NCBI RefSeq assembly: GCF_037042905.1
Contig: NC_087257.1
Location: 8,990,001-9,054,000 of the forward strand
DNA length: 64,000 bases
Source: Lytechinus pictus
Taxonomy: Eukaryota
Direction: 5' to 3'
Shown here: positions 49,605-63,238 of the stretch, piece after piece
How positions within the stretch are numbered: position 1 is the first letter of the stretch
Layout: every line of letters begins with the position of its first letter
Translations under genes and position numbers: made by a program
The notes under the pieces: model-generated
Told to the model about the DNA's origin: nothing
Seen by the model: the letters and a program-made list of their open reading frames with translations, nothing else
The model's database searches: none

Positions 49605-51669
49605 AGGGTCAAGTCCACCCCAAAAAAATGTTGATTTGAATAAAAAGAGACAAATAAAAGAAGCATAACAATTAACCCTGAAAATTTCATCCAAATCCGA
49701 TGTGAAATAAGAAATATATCATGATGGCATTTTAAAGTCACGCTTATTACTCACAAAACTCATGGATATTGGCTCTATGCAAATAAAAGCGTTGATGATA
49801 TCCTTCACTCACTATCTATTTATTTTATTTTATTTTTTATTGCTTGAATTGTGAAATATTCATTTCTTTTTACAGATTTGACAATAATGACCCTTTTGTC
49901 TGAACCACAAAATGTTGAAACATTGATAATCACATACTAGAAATTAAAAAAAGTGAAATTCTAGCTAACTTTTTGAATCACTAACTGTACTTTCTAAGCC
50001 TTATTTTTTGTACATATAGAGGTGCATATCTCCATTTTCTCACTACACAGTATGTTTTCAATAGCAAAGCTTTGCTGTTGGGGACATTGGCACTGACTAA
50101 CAAGTGTGTCAATATTTTCGCGTGTTGTTAAATTCGCGGCCGATCGGCAATTCGCGAAATCCGCGAAAATAAAACCCCCGCGAAAATTACAGCTTGTACA
50201 GTACTGTGTTCAGAAAGGAATAAAACTTCGATTCACATGACAATCAGTGGCGTAGCTACGGGGGGGGGCCTGGGGGGCACGTGCCCCCCTGAGATTTATT
50301 TTGGTGTGCCCCCCCCCCCCCAGGTGCCCCCCCCCCTGAAAAAAATGGCAGAGCAAAAAAAGGGAGAAAGAAGAAAAGAAAAAAGGAAAAGAAGAAGAAA
50401 AAAAAATAAGAGGAAGACGAGTGAATGAAATAATGTGAGGGGAAGACTTGCAAAAAAAAAACAATTTTTGCTTGCACTTCGCGCCAGAATTGCCTGTTCG
50501 ATGAGATTCATATCTTGCTCAATAGGCTGATATGGAGCAAGCTTTGAAGTCAATATACAAAACATATTTTAGCTAGGACATCGAGCTTTCATTATTTTTT
50601 TTCATTTACAAATTTAAGTGCTCTGTAAAATGTCCGTTTTATGGTCTACATATCAGCATTAAGCTCACGCTGCGTGGTCACATTGTTTGATTTGCCAAGT
50701 TCATATTGTCTACGTGTCCCGGCTACGTGTATTCCATAATGTTCCATTAAACAAATGTATTCAGAATGCCCAGATTCTAGGTCTAAATCTAAAACATGCG
50801 CGATAGCCTGCATGTTCTTTATTTAAAATGTAGTTAAATTATCCAGTTTCACATCAGAATATCAATAATTCGCGCTCGCATCAATTGTTTAGTTACATAC
50901 CTATCCCATTTATTAATACAAAAAATGCTTAGAATGACCATTTTTTAAAAGTCGGAATGTCAAAAAAATTTGCTCGCGCTTTGCGCTTGCATTATTGAAA
51001 TATATACCGTCTTCCTTGACAGGTCCCTTTTCGATAATGCTAGAACAGTTAATAAAAATTTCTGCTCACGCTTGGCGTTCGCAGTAACCATCTTACATAC
51101 ATATCTTGTTCAGGATCACACATATCATTGCCCAGAATATCAAATTTTCAGGACAAAATACATAAAAGTAAAAAAAATCGCTCGCGCTTCGCGCTCGCAC
51201 TTTTTTATAAGGCTTATGAGATTATTTCATGTTTATGTTGTTTTATAAGAATAAAACTGAGAAGTGACTGATCGGGGAAAATATAGGTGAAGATAATTTC
51301 GGGCACCGTCCCCTATTGGCGAAAGTCGGATCCGCCCTTGTGACACATACACACACACCGGAAAAAATTGTGCCCCCCCCCCCCCAGGAAAAATATCCTA
51401 GCTACGCCACTGATGACAATGAGGAGATAATTAGATTTTTCATATTCCATGCTGTAATGAAATACAAAAGAAATAGTGAGTGGATGAATGCAATCGGTCT
51501 CCTCATTTGCATACCGACCAGGATGTGAATATAATTGTTTCGTGAAACTTAGCAAAACTTTAAAATGCCATATTATTTTACATCCGATTTAATGAAATTT
51601 TCAATGTTATGCTTGTTTGTTTTTTCGCTTTTTATTGAAATCAACTTTTTGTTGGGGTGGACTTGTCCT
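49605..51669. mobile_element. Kolobok-type element (same family as 11830-12431) with nested insertions
   Basis: AGGGTCAAGTCCACCCC ... GGGGTGGACTTGTCCT termini. Confidence 0.75.
50245..51412. mobile_element. hAT-type non-autonomous element
   Basis: TIR CAGTGGCGTAGCTA / TAGCTACGCCACTG; exact 8-bp TSD ATGACAAT. Confidence 0.88.
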
Positions 51670-52843
51670 TTGAATAAATAATGAGAGCGTACGAAGCGTG
51701 AGCTATTTTTTCACTAGTTCATTATTTCATCTATTCACAGCTGAAAATTAAATATTCTGAGCAGCCTTTTTTCTGCCTAATCATGAACAAGATGCGTATA
51801 GTCTGTGCTTGTACATAATAGCGCGAATCGCAAACTGTTTTTTTTTCTTCAATATATTGACATCCTGAAAAGGACTCAACAAGGACTATTTGCAGTGATT
51901 CATGAAAAAGGGTACATATCTCACCAATCAAATAATCTGAGCGCGTAGCGCGAGCTGATTTTTTTTTTGGGGGGGTAATCATGAACAGGGCCCGTAATTT
52001 CCCTGATGTAGAATAACAAAAACTTAATTGAATAGCGAACAAAATTTTTTTCTTTCAAATTATTCTCTTCGCCTTACTTCATGAAATTTCTTCTTTTTTC
52101 CCGTATAATTTTGTTTTATCTATCTATTTCTTTTTCTCCTCTCTGTAATGGAATAGCGCCATCTGTGGCGAGTTACATTAGAGTGCAAAACAATGGGATC
52201 CAGACCATCAGTGATCCAGACATGGAGGTGGATAAAGCTTATTATAGATTAAATTGCCTGGTTCAAAAGTATATCAGTTTGAAGCCTCCGATAAGTATTT
52301 GTAATACTGTAATTAAGTTGGTAGTTACAGTAGGAGTAGAAGAAACAACAAGACAAAATACTTTCCTTCCTTTTATGAGCCGACAATATGGGAGGGGCAC
52401 GGCCCTTGATTCGCCCGACCCCTGGCCTGATGACCCCATCCCAATTTTGTGTAAAAATTGAATATAGAAATTACGTTTATAAAGCATTTAAAAACAAATT
52501 TCTTGGGAAAACATAATTAGAATTCACTGCAAGGGACTATAATTATTCATAACTTATAAAAACTATCCGAAGATTGCGAGCAATGAAATATATTTAAAAA
52601 TTGCACTAAGTAAACCTAGAAGAAAAAGAAAATGAAAGTGTTTAGCAAAGGTATGTTTGCAAGGGGGGGGGGGGGACACACTCGTTGAAGGACCCGAGGT
52701 TACTATCTAATCACTTCTAGATATACTGTATATAACTTCCCCTCATCAATGATTTTTTTTTCTTCATTTTTTTCACTTAAGAAATTGAAAACTTTAAACA
52801 AAAAAGTGCCATCAATGTTTATTTTGTCTTTGAATATAATATA

Positions 52844-54055
52844 AACCCCTCAAAAAAAGTTTGGAAATCTGAGTTTGGCCATTAATTTCTCCCAACTCCC
52901 AATTTAACACAATGCATATTTGATATCATTTAAAAGATCATTTAATTTTCTTTAAAATTATACAATGCCTGTTATAATCATGCCATCACGAAAAGAGCAG
53001 GATTCAAAAGTTTTGGATGAGGTCTGAATTGAAAAGCAGCAAAACGAGCAGAAGTAGTCATGAAGGGTCAATAAAGAACATGATGATTTTGTCTGTGTCA
53101 ATAGAGATAAAAACCCATTCAAATCAAGCCGCTGCTTCTTCATTTTTTATGTTTTGTTGTGGTTTATGTAGTAATGGTTATGTGAGATAACATGGTTTGA
53201 GTCGTGGTTCGAAATACCCATGCATGTTTGTTTGCATGTGTTTGCTTGTGCAGAGGTGTGTTTGATGTGTATGAAAACAAAATAAACCGCTGAGAAACTC
53301 ACTCATCACCACGGAAAAAACAACAGTGACTTTCAATATTGTGTCATTTTGCAACTTTTGAATGTTGACATTGCCCCACATTTCAAGGTACTGCACCTCC
53401 ATGTGAACCACAATCATATATGGTATCATTCTAAAGAGAATTAAATGATCTATTCTTTGGTATCAATCACATATTAATATTCACTAAAACCGAGGAGGGA
53501 TCATTGATCAAAGTCAGATTTCCAAGCTTTTTTTGGAGGAGTTTATAAACCCCTCAAAAAAAGTTCTGCAACTCACTTTTGAGGGATGATATATTTTTTG
53601 TTACTGAAGTATAAAATATGAAACTGGTATCATTGGAAAGCTTAATTATTCTTCTTTACAATGATGTGCCATCTGCTGTGATTATGTCATCGTGAAACAT
53701 GCAGTTATCCTGAATGTAGAGAAAAGTCAGAAGTGAAATGTTGCAAAATGCATTGTTTTTTTAAACAAGTCTCCATTTGTTAACATGCAGGTGACAGTGA
53801 ATGCACTCAGCCCATCCTCGAAACAATTGGAAATTCGCTATTGGAAACAACAAATTTTGCAACATTTCATTTTTTACATTGCTGCATATTTATCACGTCT
53901 GTGCATTTCATGATAACATTAGCATTACAAATGACTCATGATTGTAAAGAGGAATAATCATGCTTTCCAATGATACCACTTTTACATATGATGATGGCAC
54001 ACTAAGAAATTTATTAGCACTCAAACTTGAGTTGCAGAACTTTTTTTGAGGGGTT
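52844..54055. mobile_element. two related TIR elements in tandem (52844-53543 and 53548-54055)
   Basis: AACCCCTCAAAAAAAGT-type termini; TATA at 52840, 53544 and 54056. Confidence 0.72.
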
Positions 54056-54877
54056 TATATTTATTATACCTACCAAACCCTTCCCATCCTCCTTTCAAGG
54101 TAACTTGCAAATATTATTTTCACTTTCCGTTATATATTTTAGCTAAAAAACCGTTTCCTTTGATTATTATTATTAAGTTTTATTTACGTTTTTCATTATG
54201 TATGTATTGCTTTTTTACATTTAGATGGCAAATGGTGGAAAAATCTCGTTCCCCCCAAGTACTTTATTTAGGGGGGCAAGTGCCCCCTTCTCCCCCTTCC
54301 CCCCGCTTCGGGCGACAATGATGGTAATGTCGTTTTTTTTTCTAATTAAGCGTCGTATTTGAAATGAAAGAATGAGGTGCAGAATGAAGTATTTTATTTT
54401 TATTTGTAATATATGGATGAATATATGTTATGAGAAAGTACAGCTAGGGCAACATCACTTGCTCGACGAGATTGAGAATAGTGCTCACGAAAGGGTGGGA
54501 TCTCTGGATATTCCACCAATCACAATACGTTAAATTGTGCGTAGGCGTCGCGTTCATGGTGTCAATTATGACGACATAAGGTCGTGACCACGTGGCCCCG
54601 GCACGGAGCTATCGAGCTATGCGAAGCATGTGTTACATGGAGAAGCTTGGGGGGAAAAAAAAGCCGAGAAAAAAGCGAAGCTCGCAAGCGAACCATATGA
54701 ACGAACGCCCGTACGTTCCGCGCGCGTCGTGTATGATTTCAATGCGAAGATCGCGCGTGCAGACGGAAATTAGCCCAGCACATTACCCACACATACACAC
54801 ACTTCTCTTCCCTCACACCGGAGACACATCTAAATTTCATAAAATTCCGTTCAATCCCAAATCAAATAATCAGCAAA

Positions 54878-55052
54878 ATGAACAAGCTGTATGTAGGAAA
54901 ACTGCCCCGTGAAGTAACCGAAGAGGAACTCCGAAAACTTTTCGAGGACAACGACATCCCAGTTCAAGAAATCTTGATGAAGAAAAATGGATTTGCATTT
55001 GTGGACGTTTCCAACGAAGAGCTGGTCGAAAGGGCCACCGAGAAACTAAACG
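54878..55052 (+). CDS. IGF2BP: IGF2 mRNA-binding protein (IGF2BP/Imp) exon 1, RRM1
   Basis: caaaATG; MNKLYVGKL (RNP2)...KNGFAFVD (RNP1)...ATEKLNG; 175 nt, donor GTAAAG. Confidence 0.88.
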
Positions 55053-56243
55053 GTAAAGTCTAACATTTTCATAATACATCTTGTCAAATTTGAGATAACA
55101 TTATTCTGTAATCTGATGTCTGAACACGTATAAAAGGCCCCCTTGATCATGTTTGTTTATTTGGTATTGGTGGTTTTAATATAGAAGTTGATTAAGTTGA
55201 TTGTGAAAATTGCTGTCTGATTTGGCCTGGTTCTGAATCTGAATTTGTTGGCTGTTGCACAGACTGCTGAGACAGTGAGAGTGAGATTATTTTTTTACTT
55301 TATTTTTAGAGAGAGCCACTCAGCATGCTCAGTCATTGATCGCATGTTAAGTCCATATCATAGACCTAGTCTAATGATAATTTAATAGTTACTTGATTCA
55401 GAAATAAAATATGGTCATGAGTCATGACATTGTTGCCTCATCATTGTCAAATATTTATTTGTAATGTCAAATGACTCTGATGATCCGCCAAACAAACACT
55501 TTCGTGAGCTGAGGGGGGGGGTCTGGATTGGAGACACATGGAGAGAAAATACCTAACACAACTCACAAGGTTACTGTCGAAAGCGTCTGGCACTTTTTGT
55601 TGTTATCAATAATAGTAATACAGAGCAAGAATATCTGCAAGTAAACCGGTGTAAAAAAACATTTCCTGCTGGCCGAGGCAGATGGTGAAATTAAACTTCT
55701 ATATGATCAATCTGCATGTCTTGACAAAATAATTATCAAAATCTGACTTCTCTTCCCGATATGGTAGTCCAAAAATAGCATACATGTATGTTATGTCCCT
55801 ATGGAAGAAAAATACTGTTTTAAGAAAAACTTGACATGACATTTTAGCATTTAGAATCTACAGTCGACAGTATAGGAGCAAAATGGAACAGTCAGTAGTC
55901 TACCCTACAACAAGTCTCTGTACTACATTCTTATGTATAAATGATTACAAATTGTAACAACTTAAAAGAAAAAGATTACTTTCTAATTTTTAGTCAGATA
56001 CTGTTCAACTAAATCTTCTATTGTCGGACAGTCTGGTATTTATTTTTCCTCGAGAAAACAATTTTCTACCTGTGTTGGATTCCCCCAGAAAATTCGATAT
56101 GAATCCAAAGAGAAAAATCAAACAAGCATAATGCTGAGAATGTTAGGACATTTTGAAGTTCCGCTAATTTTTCTCAAAACAGACCTATATATGCACAACT
56201 CAGTGACATGCAAATGAGAGAGTCAATGATGTCCCTCACTCAC

Positions 56244-56494
56244 CAAGGGCGGAAATCCCAGGGGGGACGCGTCCCCCCTACCCAAAATAGTAGGGGGGAT
56301 ACAATATCAAATGTCCCCCTATTTGGTATTTTATGATGGAAAGAAATACATGTACATCATTCAATATCGAAATAAAACGTGTATATTGGATGAGGTGACC
56401 TATTTTTGGGGTGATAACTTTTTTTTTTTTCTTTGCTTGTCAAATTTTCCAGCCCCCTGGTCCCCCTACCTTTGTGGAGAGATTTCCGCTCTTG
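56244..56494. mobile_element. hAT-type MITE nested in a Kolobok-type copy
   Basis: CAAGGGCGGAAATC / GATTTCCGCTCTTG; TSD TCACTCAC / TCACTCCC. Confidence 0.75.
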
Positions 56495-57268
56495 TCACTC
56501 CCTATTTCTATTTCTTTTGTTTTTCATTGTTTGAATAATACAATATTTTAATTTTTAATGATTTGACAATAAGGACCAACTTAACCATAAACTGTTAAAA
56601 TAATGGCAATTCCACATGTTCAGGGACAGGGAGGAATAAAATTTTGTTTCACAGACAATGAGTAGAAAATTAGAAGTTTTCATATTTCATATTTATAAAA
56701 GAAATAGTGAGTGGGTGACATCATCAGTCTGCTCATTTGCATACCGACCAAGATGTGCATATAACTGTTTGTGAAATTAAGCGAAACCTTAAAATGTCAT
56801 AACTTTTTTATTTTACATCCAATTTTGATGAAATTTTCAGCGATATGCTCAAGTGTTTGATCTTTCTCTTTTTATTCAAATTAACTTTTTGTTGGGGTGG
56901 ACTTGTCCTAACCCTATGGTTTAATGAACTTTCACCTTGGACCTTGGATGTCCTATCAATTGGGCTTTACAGCATTTGACTGGCTTTGGGTATTTTTATG
57001 CCCTTTATACTAATAGCTCCTTACAGATTTTTTTTTCAATTTGTGCTGTTTATAAAACTTTTTTTTAAAGTGGCTACACCCCTGTACATCAAAATTTAAG
57101 GCCTGTTGAATTTTTTTTATAGACAGGGTTTCAAAAAGGTAATCACAGAAAAAAAGTGATATTTTCAATTTTGTCTGAGACTTCAGCTACTCATTCCCCA
57201 CTCATTGTCCTGTGCATTTAAGTTAACATTTCTTTTTTTTTTGTTCTTTATGTTTGTGTATTTTGCAG

Positions 57269-57329
57269 GTTACCATCTACAGGGAGGACACATCAAAGTG
57301 GAGCCATCAGTTCCAAGAAAAACAAGAAG
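57269..57329 (+). CDS. IGF2BP: IGF2BP exon 2 (gene continues beyond the window)
   Basis: 61 nt; GYHLQGGHIKVEPSVPRKTRR completes RRM1 and resembles the IGF2BP E-x-SVPK motif; TTGCAG acceptor, GTATCA donor. Confidence 0.85.
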
Positions 57330-60300
57330 GTATCACAAATTATCAAAATTTACTTTAAAATTTAAATTTGTATTTTTAATGATAATGGGAAATGAGTCCT
57401 TGCCTGTATACTTGTCTGGTACCTACAAAGCTACATTTTGTCAAGTACTGGCGATAGAAAGCCAGTACTTTGATATTAGCAAAGTTGATGTAAATGTTCA
57501 CAAAGAGACAGTTTTCTTTCATCGTCTACCACAGATGATGATTTTCTTAGTATGTGGGCCCATTTGTTTTTCTGACAGAAAGTGGAGTTTCTGAACTTTT
57601 TTTGTAACTTATTTTTTAGTTTCTGACGTTAGCATATAGTATGTACGCTATTTGACTATTCACTACATATATTTGTTCGAGGTGCACTGAATTATGAAGA
57701 AGTTAAGTCTGTTTCCCATATCTAGCTTGAGTTATCTCGGCATCTAGCTCAATGTTTCATTTCATGTACTGAAAATTATAGTTAAAAGGTTTCTGGATAT
57801 AAAACTAGAATTAATTAAATAGGAAAATTTTATTGGTTTATAGAATAATTTGAATTACCGACTGAATCAAAATTTATATGGATTTGAAATTGTTCATACT
57901 GGTAGACAGGTCTGGTAGACATTGGCAAGCCCAAATTTGATTGGTTCGAACTTTGAACCTTGTTTTCAAAAGTACCGTACATGTATCACTCCTAACTTTA
58001 GACCACCCACTTTTTGGATAGGCCTAATTTTGGATGGTTCTAGATGTCCAGAGTTAAGAATTTAATATGATGTCTTATCCTCGTCCCAATTTATTCCTTC
58101 ACTTGTGCCTCATGTGCATTTCTAATTGGTTTGTAGCATCGTCAGATTGAACTTTTGTTGTATTTTATGCCTCCGACTTCCGAGTCAGACTCTCAACCCT
58201 AGGAAGTAGGCCCATCGTACAAAGAGTTGCGATCGATCTGATCAACCACAACCATAGAAAGCTAGCAACATAAATATCTAAAATGCATATTTGTTCAAAA
58301 TACAATTTAGAGATATTCATTTCATTGTTTTCTTGAAATTTCTTTGTGCTTCTCTTTGTTCACAAAGGACATTGTGTAATTTCCTTTGAAAAAACTTGTG
58401 ACAATGATGGATTTCCATAATACTGTAGTTGAGGTTGATTGGATAAATTTTAACTCTTTGTAAGTCCCTGTATGATCATTTTGCCATCCGTGATCACTAC
58501 CTTGCAAATCTTTATTTTGATTGGCTGATTATTTGTAATGGAGACACAATCATCGGGATAGTTCGCTGGATTAATCTCAAGAATGCAATTCTTAATTGCA
58601 GTCCCAAGTCAAGTTAGGACTATTTGCAAAATAGCGCGCTATTTACGAATTATCCCGTTTGCAGGTGCAGACGCATTCGGGATTTTTTATTCACGGCGTC
58701 ACACCATAATGTATCAATGTCTCGCTCGAGCATGAATTGCTCTTGCGCTGGTGGCGATGGGGTTTCTTGAATCTCGAAATTGATCGCGAAGATCGGGCTA
58801 AAATCTCGAGATTGAGAAAACTCGGCTGGTGCAGCACCGCCTATAGTTTGCAACTTGTTCTATATTTTAGCCCTCATAGCAATGGGACAAACGTGGGTTG
58901 GCAAGCCAGGGTCTTGTTTCATAAAGGCTTGTTATAATAACAAATGCACGATTTCTATAACAAGTTTGCCATCAGCCAATCAGATTGAAGGATCTCAGTA
59001 GTTGCTTCAAATTTGTTATAACATGTTTTATGCATTGGAGCTCTGGTTGAACTCGGGTTGAACTCATCAAGGTTTTATTTCGACTTATGACAAAGGGCAA
59101 AGATTAGAAGGTGGCAAAAACATTGGGAATAGATAAAACAAAGACTGTAATGTTGTATGTTAGTATGGATATCCAAGATACAGATTTTATTGAAAGGACT
59201 AGATAAGATGGTGAGAACAGCTATCTAGAATGTGAATTGCAATACCAGAATACATGTACGGTATATTAGGCTGACATATGTCCATAGGAAGAGTTTTTTC
59301 CCCTCCTATATACATAATCTTTGCAAGATCGTTAGCTTACAAAACGCTGCTTCCATGTCACTTTAAATGATTCTTTCAATGGTCTAAATATTTATTTTGA
59401 CTTTTCTTGGGCCAAAGTCCAAAAATGATTGTGCAAAGATTTGCAACTAGCTCATAATCTCATGAAGCACTTGCATGTATTATCCAAAGGAGGTACAAGA
59501 TGGAGAGAGCTTATATAATAGGCAGTTAAAAAAAAAAACGAATGTAACAACTCTAAATATTGTGTCGCAATTCATAAACCAGGGAAAATGTCTGCAGTGT
59601 TTGCAGAGCTCAATTGACATAGAAACCTTTGTTTTCTAAGATTTTCACTTAGTTATTTACAAATTGCAATTGTTTTTTGTAGTGTACATGTCACAGAAGA
59701 ACATGGAATGTGATGTTAAGAACACCAAAGAAAACAGAATTGGTATTTGAATTTAGAAAATGGAAAACTGGGGTTGTAACCTTACATGTAATATAGCCCA
59801 GGCAAAAAATTAATTTATATTTTCGGGGCTACTTTTTACGACTAACAGTACTGCCTAAATCTGCAACATCGGATAACCTAAATATATTGCAAATTAATGG
59901 GGATTTTCCAGGGCTCCTATTTAAGTTTAGGTTTCTTTTAACATTTCGGGGGCAAAATCGCCCCGAGCCCCTGTTTAATTTTTTCCTTGATATGGCCCCA
60001 GTTTCATATAGCGGTCGGCCTAGGGCCTCGGGGAATAACTTTCCTGGTATCGCATTTCGATTTGCTCCACATTTTTTGAAAGACTGCTATGCATAAAATC
60101 TTTTGTATAGCATATTTTTACATAGGACTGTACATTACTTGAGAGCTTTTCTCTTGTGACTGAAAATGCTATTTAAATTTGTAAAGAAAAATTATTCCCT
60201 GGGCCTATTTATAATCTAAAAACTGTATTAACTGACTTGGGTGCCAGACATGGAGGACAGGTAAAAAATAAACATGACCCCAAAATTCACAGATCGATAT

Positions 60301-61925
60301 TTGTTTTGTGGTTGGCATTTCGCTTGTGGAGTTCAAATTTCTATAAGTACCTAGGCAGGTCAATTCGAATTGTATTTGGAAAGGGGAAGAAACAAGATTA
60401 AAAAGTAATGTGCATATTTACAAGCAAATGCTCCTGTAGCGCCTTGACAACTTACTTTATATGTAATGAATGGCCCACCTTTTTATAATTGGTTGGTTCC
60501 CTTGCAAAGAAATTCTGAGTTTTATTTCCTTTTTATTTGTCGAATATTTGGAAGGGATATCAAAATTATATTGTAGGTCGCAAGGATGTATTCTATTTGG
60601 GGAGAAAATTGTTGAATGGTTTATTAGATTTTAACCCTGCTGTGAATAGATTCTGGTGAACATATGTTGCTGAATAAAAGAATACACTCCTTTTTACCAC
60701 GAGCATTCATTGTGCTTTATATATCCCTGGCAGAAACTCTCATGCTGGTTTCCGTGCCCCTGTATACTGTGTGTGTATGGGTTTTGAACAGTGTTTTAGC
60801 GTATACACACCCACCAGCCCGTAAGCAATGCACAATAAGAAAGGGCAGCCTGGCGAAGCTATTGCCCACACATAACCTCCACGTGACCTTGTTGGATTCC
60901 TCATGTCAGCATTCCATAGTGATTTGCTATGTACTGGCTGTGTCTGGGAGCGCTGTACCTACCATTCAAGACTGTGCTTGATTCATTGTACATGTGTGTG
61001 CTGGATGCGTATTATGAGTGTACAGTAGAAATGGAAACTACTTGCAGTGCACACGTGGTACATGTAGCTAGGCATAGGGAAGCACGGGTTGAAGATTAGG
61101 AGTTTTTTAGGACTGTACCGTGCATGTCGTACTAGTATCAGTACTACATGAATCACGAAAGCTGAGCTTTATTCTGTCAAACATTTTATTTAAAAGAAAA
61201 AGTGTAATTGTCAGACGGCTAAAAAAATAAGACTAAATTGGATAAGACCTGCTGCTTTCATTATGATTAATGAGTGCAAATCTAGATCGCTTTTTTTTAA
61301 TCAACCATGTTCAGTGCTTTTTGTTTGCCAACATTTTGTGCAACCTTAGAGTAATTTTGTATACTTGGTGGATTCTTGCGTATCTTTTCATACTCAATTG
61401 CAGTGAAAGCAAATGTTACTTTTCATTTTTCTAATATTAAGCAAAATCAAGATGCCCATCCCCCTCTTTTTAACATTACAATGTATAGCTTTGGGCCTGC
61501 CCTCCATGACCATGTACATGTATATTGAAGCCATTGTTATATAGGCCTACAATACATGTACATGTAGTACATGTACATGTAGGCATCATGTACATACATG
61601 TACATGTACGTTCTATGCCTTTTGTACAGAAAGTTAACCAAATGTGTGGTACTATTTTTTTGATTTAATTATTTTTCTTTTGAAAGAATATATTGAATGC
61701 TTTCATCCGTATATGTTTGGTATTCCATGTTGGCCTGTACAATGTAGGTCCTAAAACCTACATGCACTACATGTATAAATTCTGAAAATTTTTGTTTGCC
61801 ATTAAGCCTATAAATGTTAGTTTTATGGGGTAGATTGTCATGGTTTAAAAAATAAATAGTTAGATTTTAGTCAAGATGGGGTTATAATGAACAGCTACAC
61901 TGTAGCTCTGCCTGCGACACAGGAA

Positions 61926-62332
61926 GGGTAAATTGCCAATTCGTCCACTGCCAACTCGTCCACTCACCACATGGTCTACCTTCATTTAGTCTAATGCCAT
62001 TCTGTCTTGGTCTAACAACCATTTGGTCCAATCATCACTCCGTCTAATCACCAGTTCATCTATTACCATTTCGTCTAATAACCAAACCAGTTGGTCTAAT
62101 ACCCATTTTCTTTCCCTTCATTTTGCACAATTAACTCTTCAGTTCAATTAGACCAAATGGTATATGGACTAAATGTCTATTTGTCCAACTGGTTATTAAA
62201 CAAAATGACATTAGACTAAATGAAAGTAGACCATGTGGCATATGGTGAGTGGACGAACTGATAGTAGACCAAACGATAGTAGACGACTTGGCAGTTGGAC
62301 GAATTGGCATTAGACGAATTGGAAATAAACCC
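61926..62332. mobile_element. MITE with GTCTA/TAGAC subterminal repeats (relative at ~4311-4880)
   Basis: GGGTAAATTGCCAATTCGTCC ... GACGAATTGGAAATAAACCC. Confidence 0.7.
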
Positions 62333-62587
62333 ACAGGAAGTAGGGGACAATAAGGTCTAGCCACAATTGTGAGTTCAAAACTGCCACTATATTGTCAGTG
62401 AAGTACAGCTATAGTGATAGACGATTCTGTGTACCAAGAAAGAATTGGTTCTTGTTCAATTTAGTTGGTTTCGAAAACAGCTGCCGTCATGTGAACATGA
62501 ACTCCATGAAATTTTTTAATTGCTCTTGTACATGCACTTTTACAATGTGATTGTATGTTTTCACATCCATTCATTATATGACTTTAA

Positions 62588-63238
62588 TACCCCTTTCATA
62601 GTGCCCTCTTCATTTTTCACCGGCGAACTTCTCCGCCTCGCATTCCTCACTTCCCCGGCGAAGAAAAAAATGTACCCTTTCGCACTGACATTTCTTCCCC
62701 GGCGAAAGTCAACGGGCGATTGCAGAACAAACGAAAGAAAATTGTAAACATTACTTCTTACCTATTACAAAAAGGTATCAAAAAAATTAATTACAACATA
62801 TTTTGGAAGTATTACGATAAAAACAAACAATATCACCTTGTTTTTATATCTTAGCGCATTTTATACATGTAAAAAGTGCTTTTTAATAAATATTGTTAGT
62901 AAAAAAAAAAAAAATGTTCGAGGGTATCTACTTGGCCATAGCATTCAGCTGAGCTTGCAACTATCGCGCGCGGAATCTCGGTGCAGGGGACTTTGGGAGA
63001 GAAAAAAATTGACCTCTGACGTCATTAAAGAGGAGAAGTTCTCCGGTTTGCTTTCATACTGGCCTTTTCACCGGCGAACTTCACCGGTGAAACAGTTTCG
63101 CCGGCGAAGTTCTCCGCCGGCGAAGTTCTCCACCGGCGAAGTTCTCACCGGTGAAGTTCTCCTGTGTACCTTTCATACTGGACACTTTCCCCTTCGCTGG
63201 CGAACTTCGCCGGTGAAAGGCGCAATATGAAAGGGGTA
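62588..63238. mobile_element. PIF/Harbinger-type non-autonomous element
   Basis: TIR TACCCCTTTCATA / TATGAAAGGGGTA; TAA TSD; subterminal CCGGCGAAGTTCTC repeats. Confidence 0.82.

Noticed and set aside
52155-52171. CTCF-like site GCGCCATCTGTGGCG (similar motif in the LTR)
   Set aside because: Only a partial match, not supportable without PWM or ChIP data.
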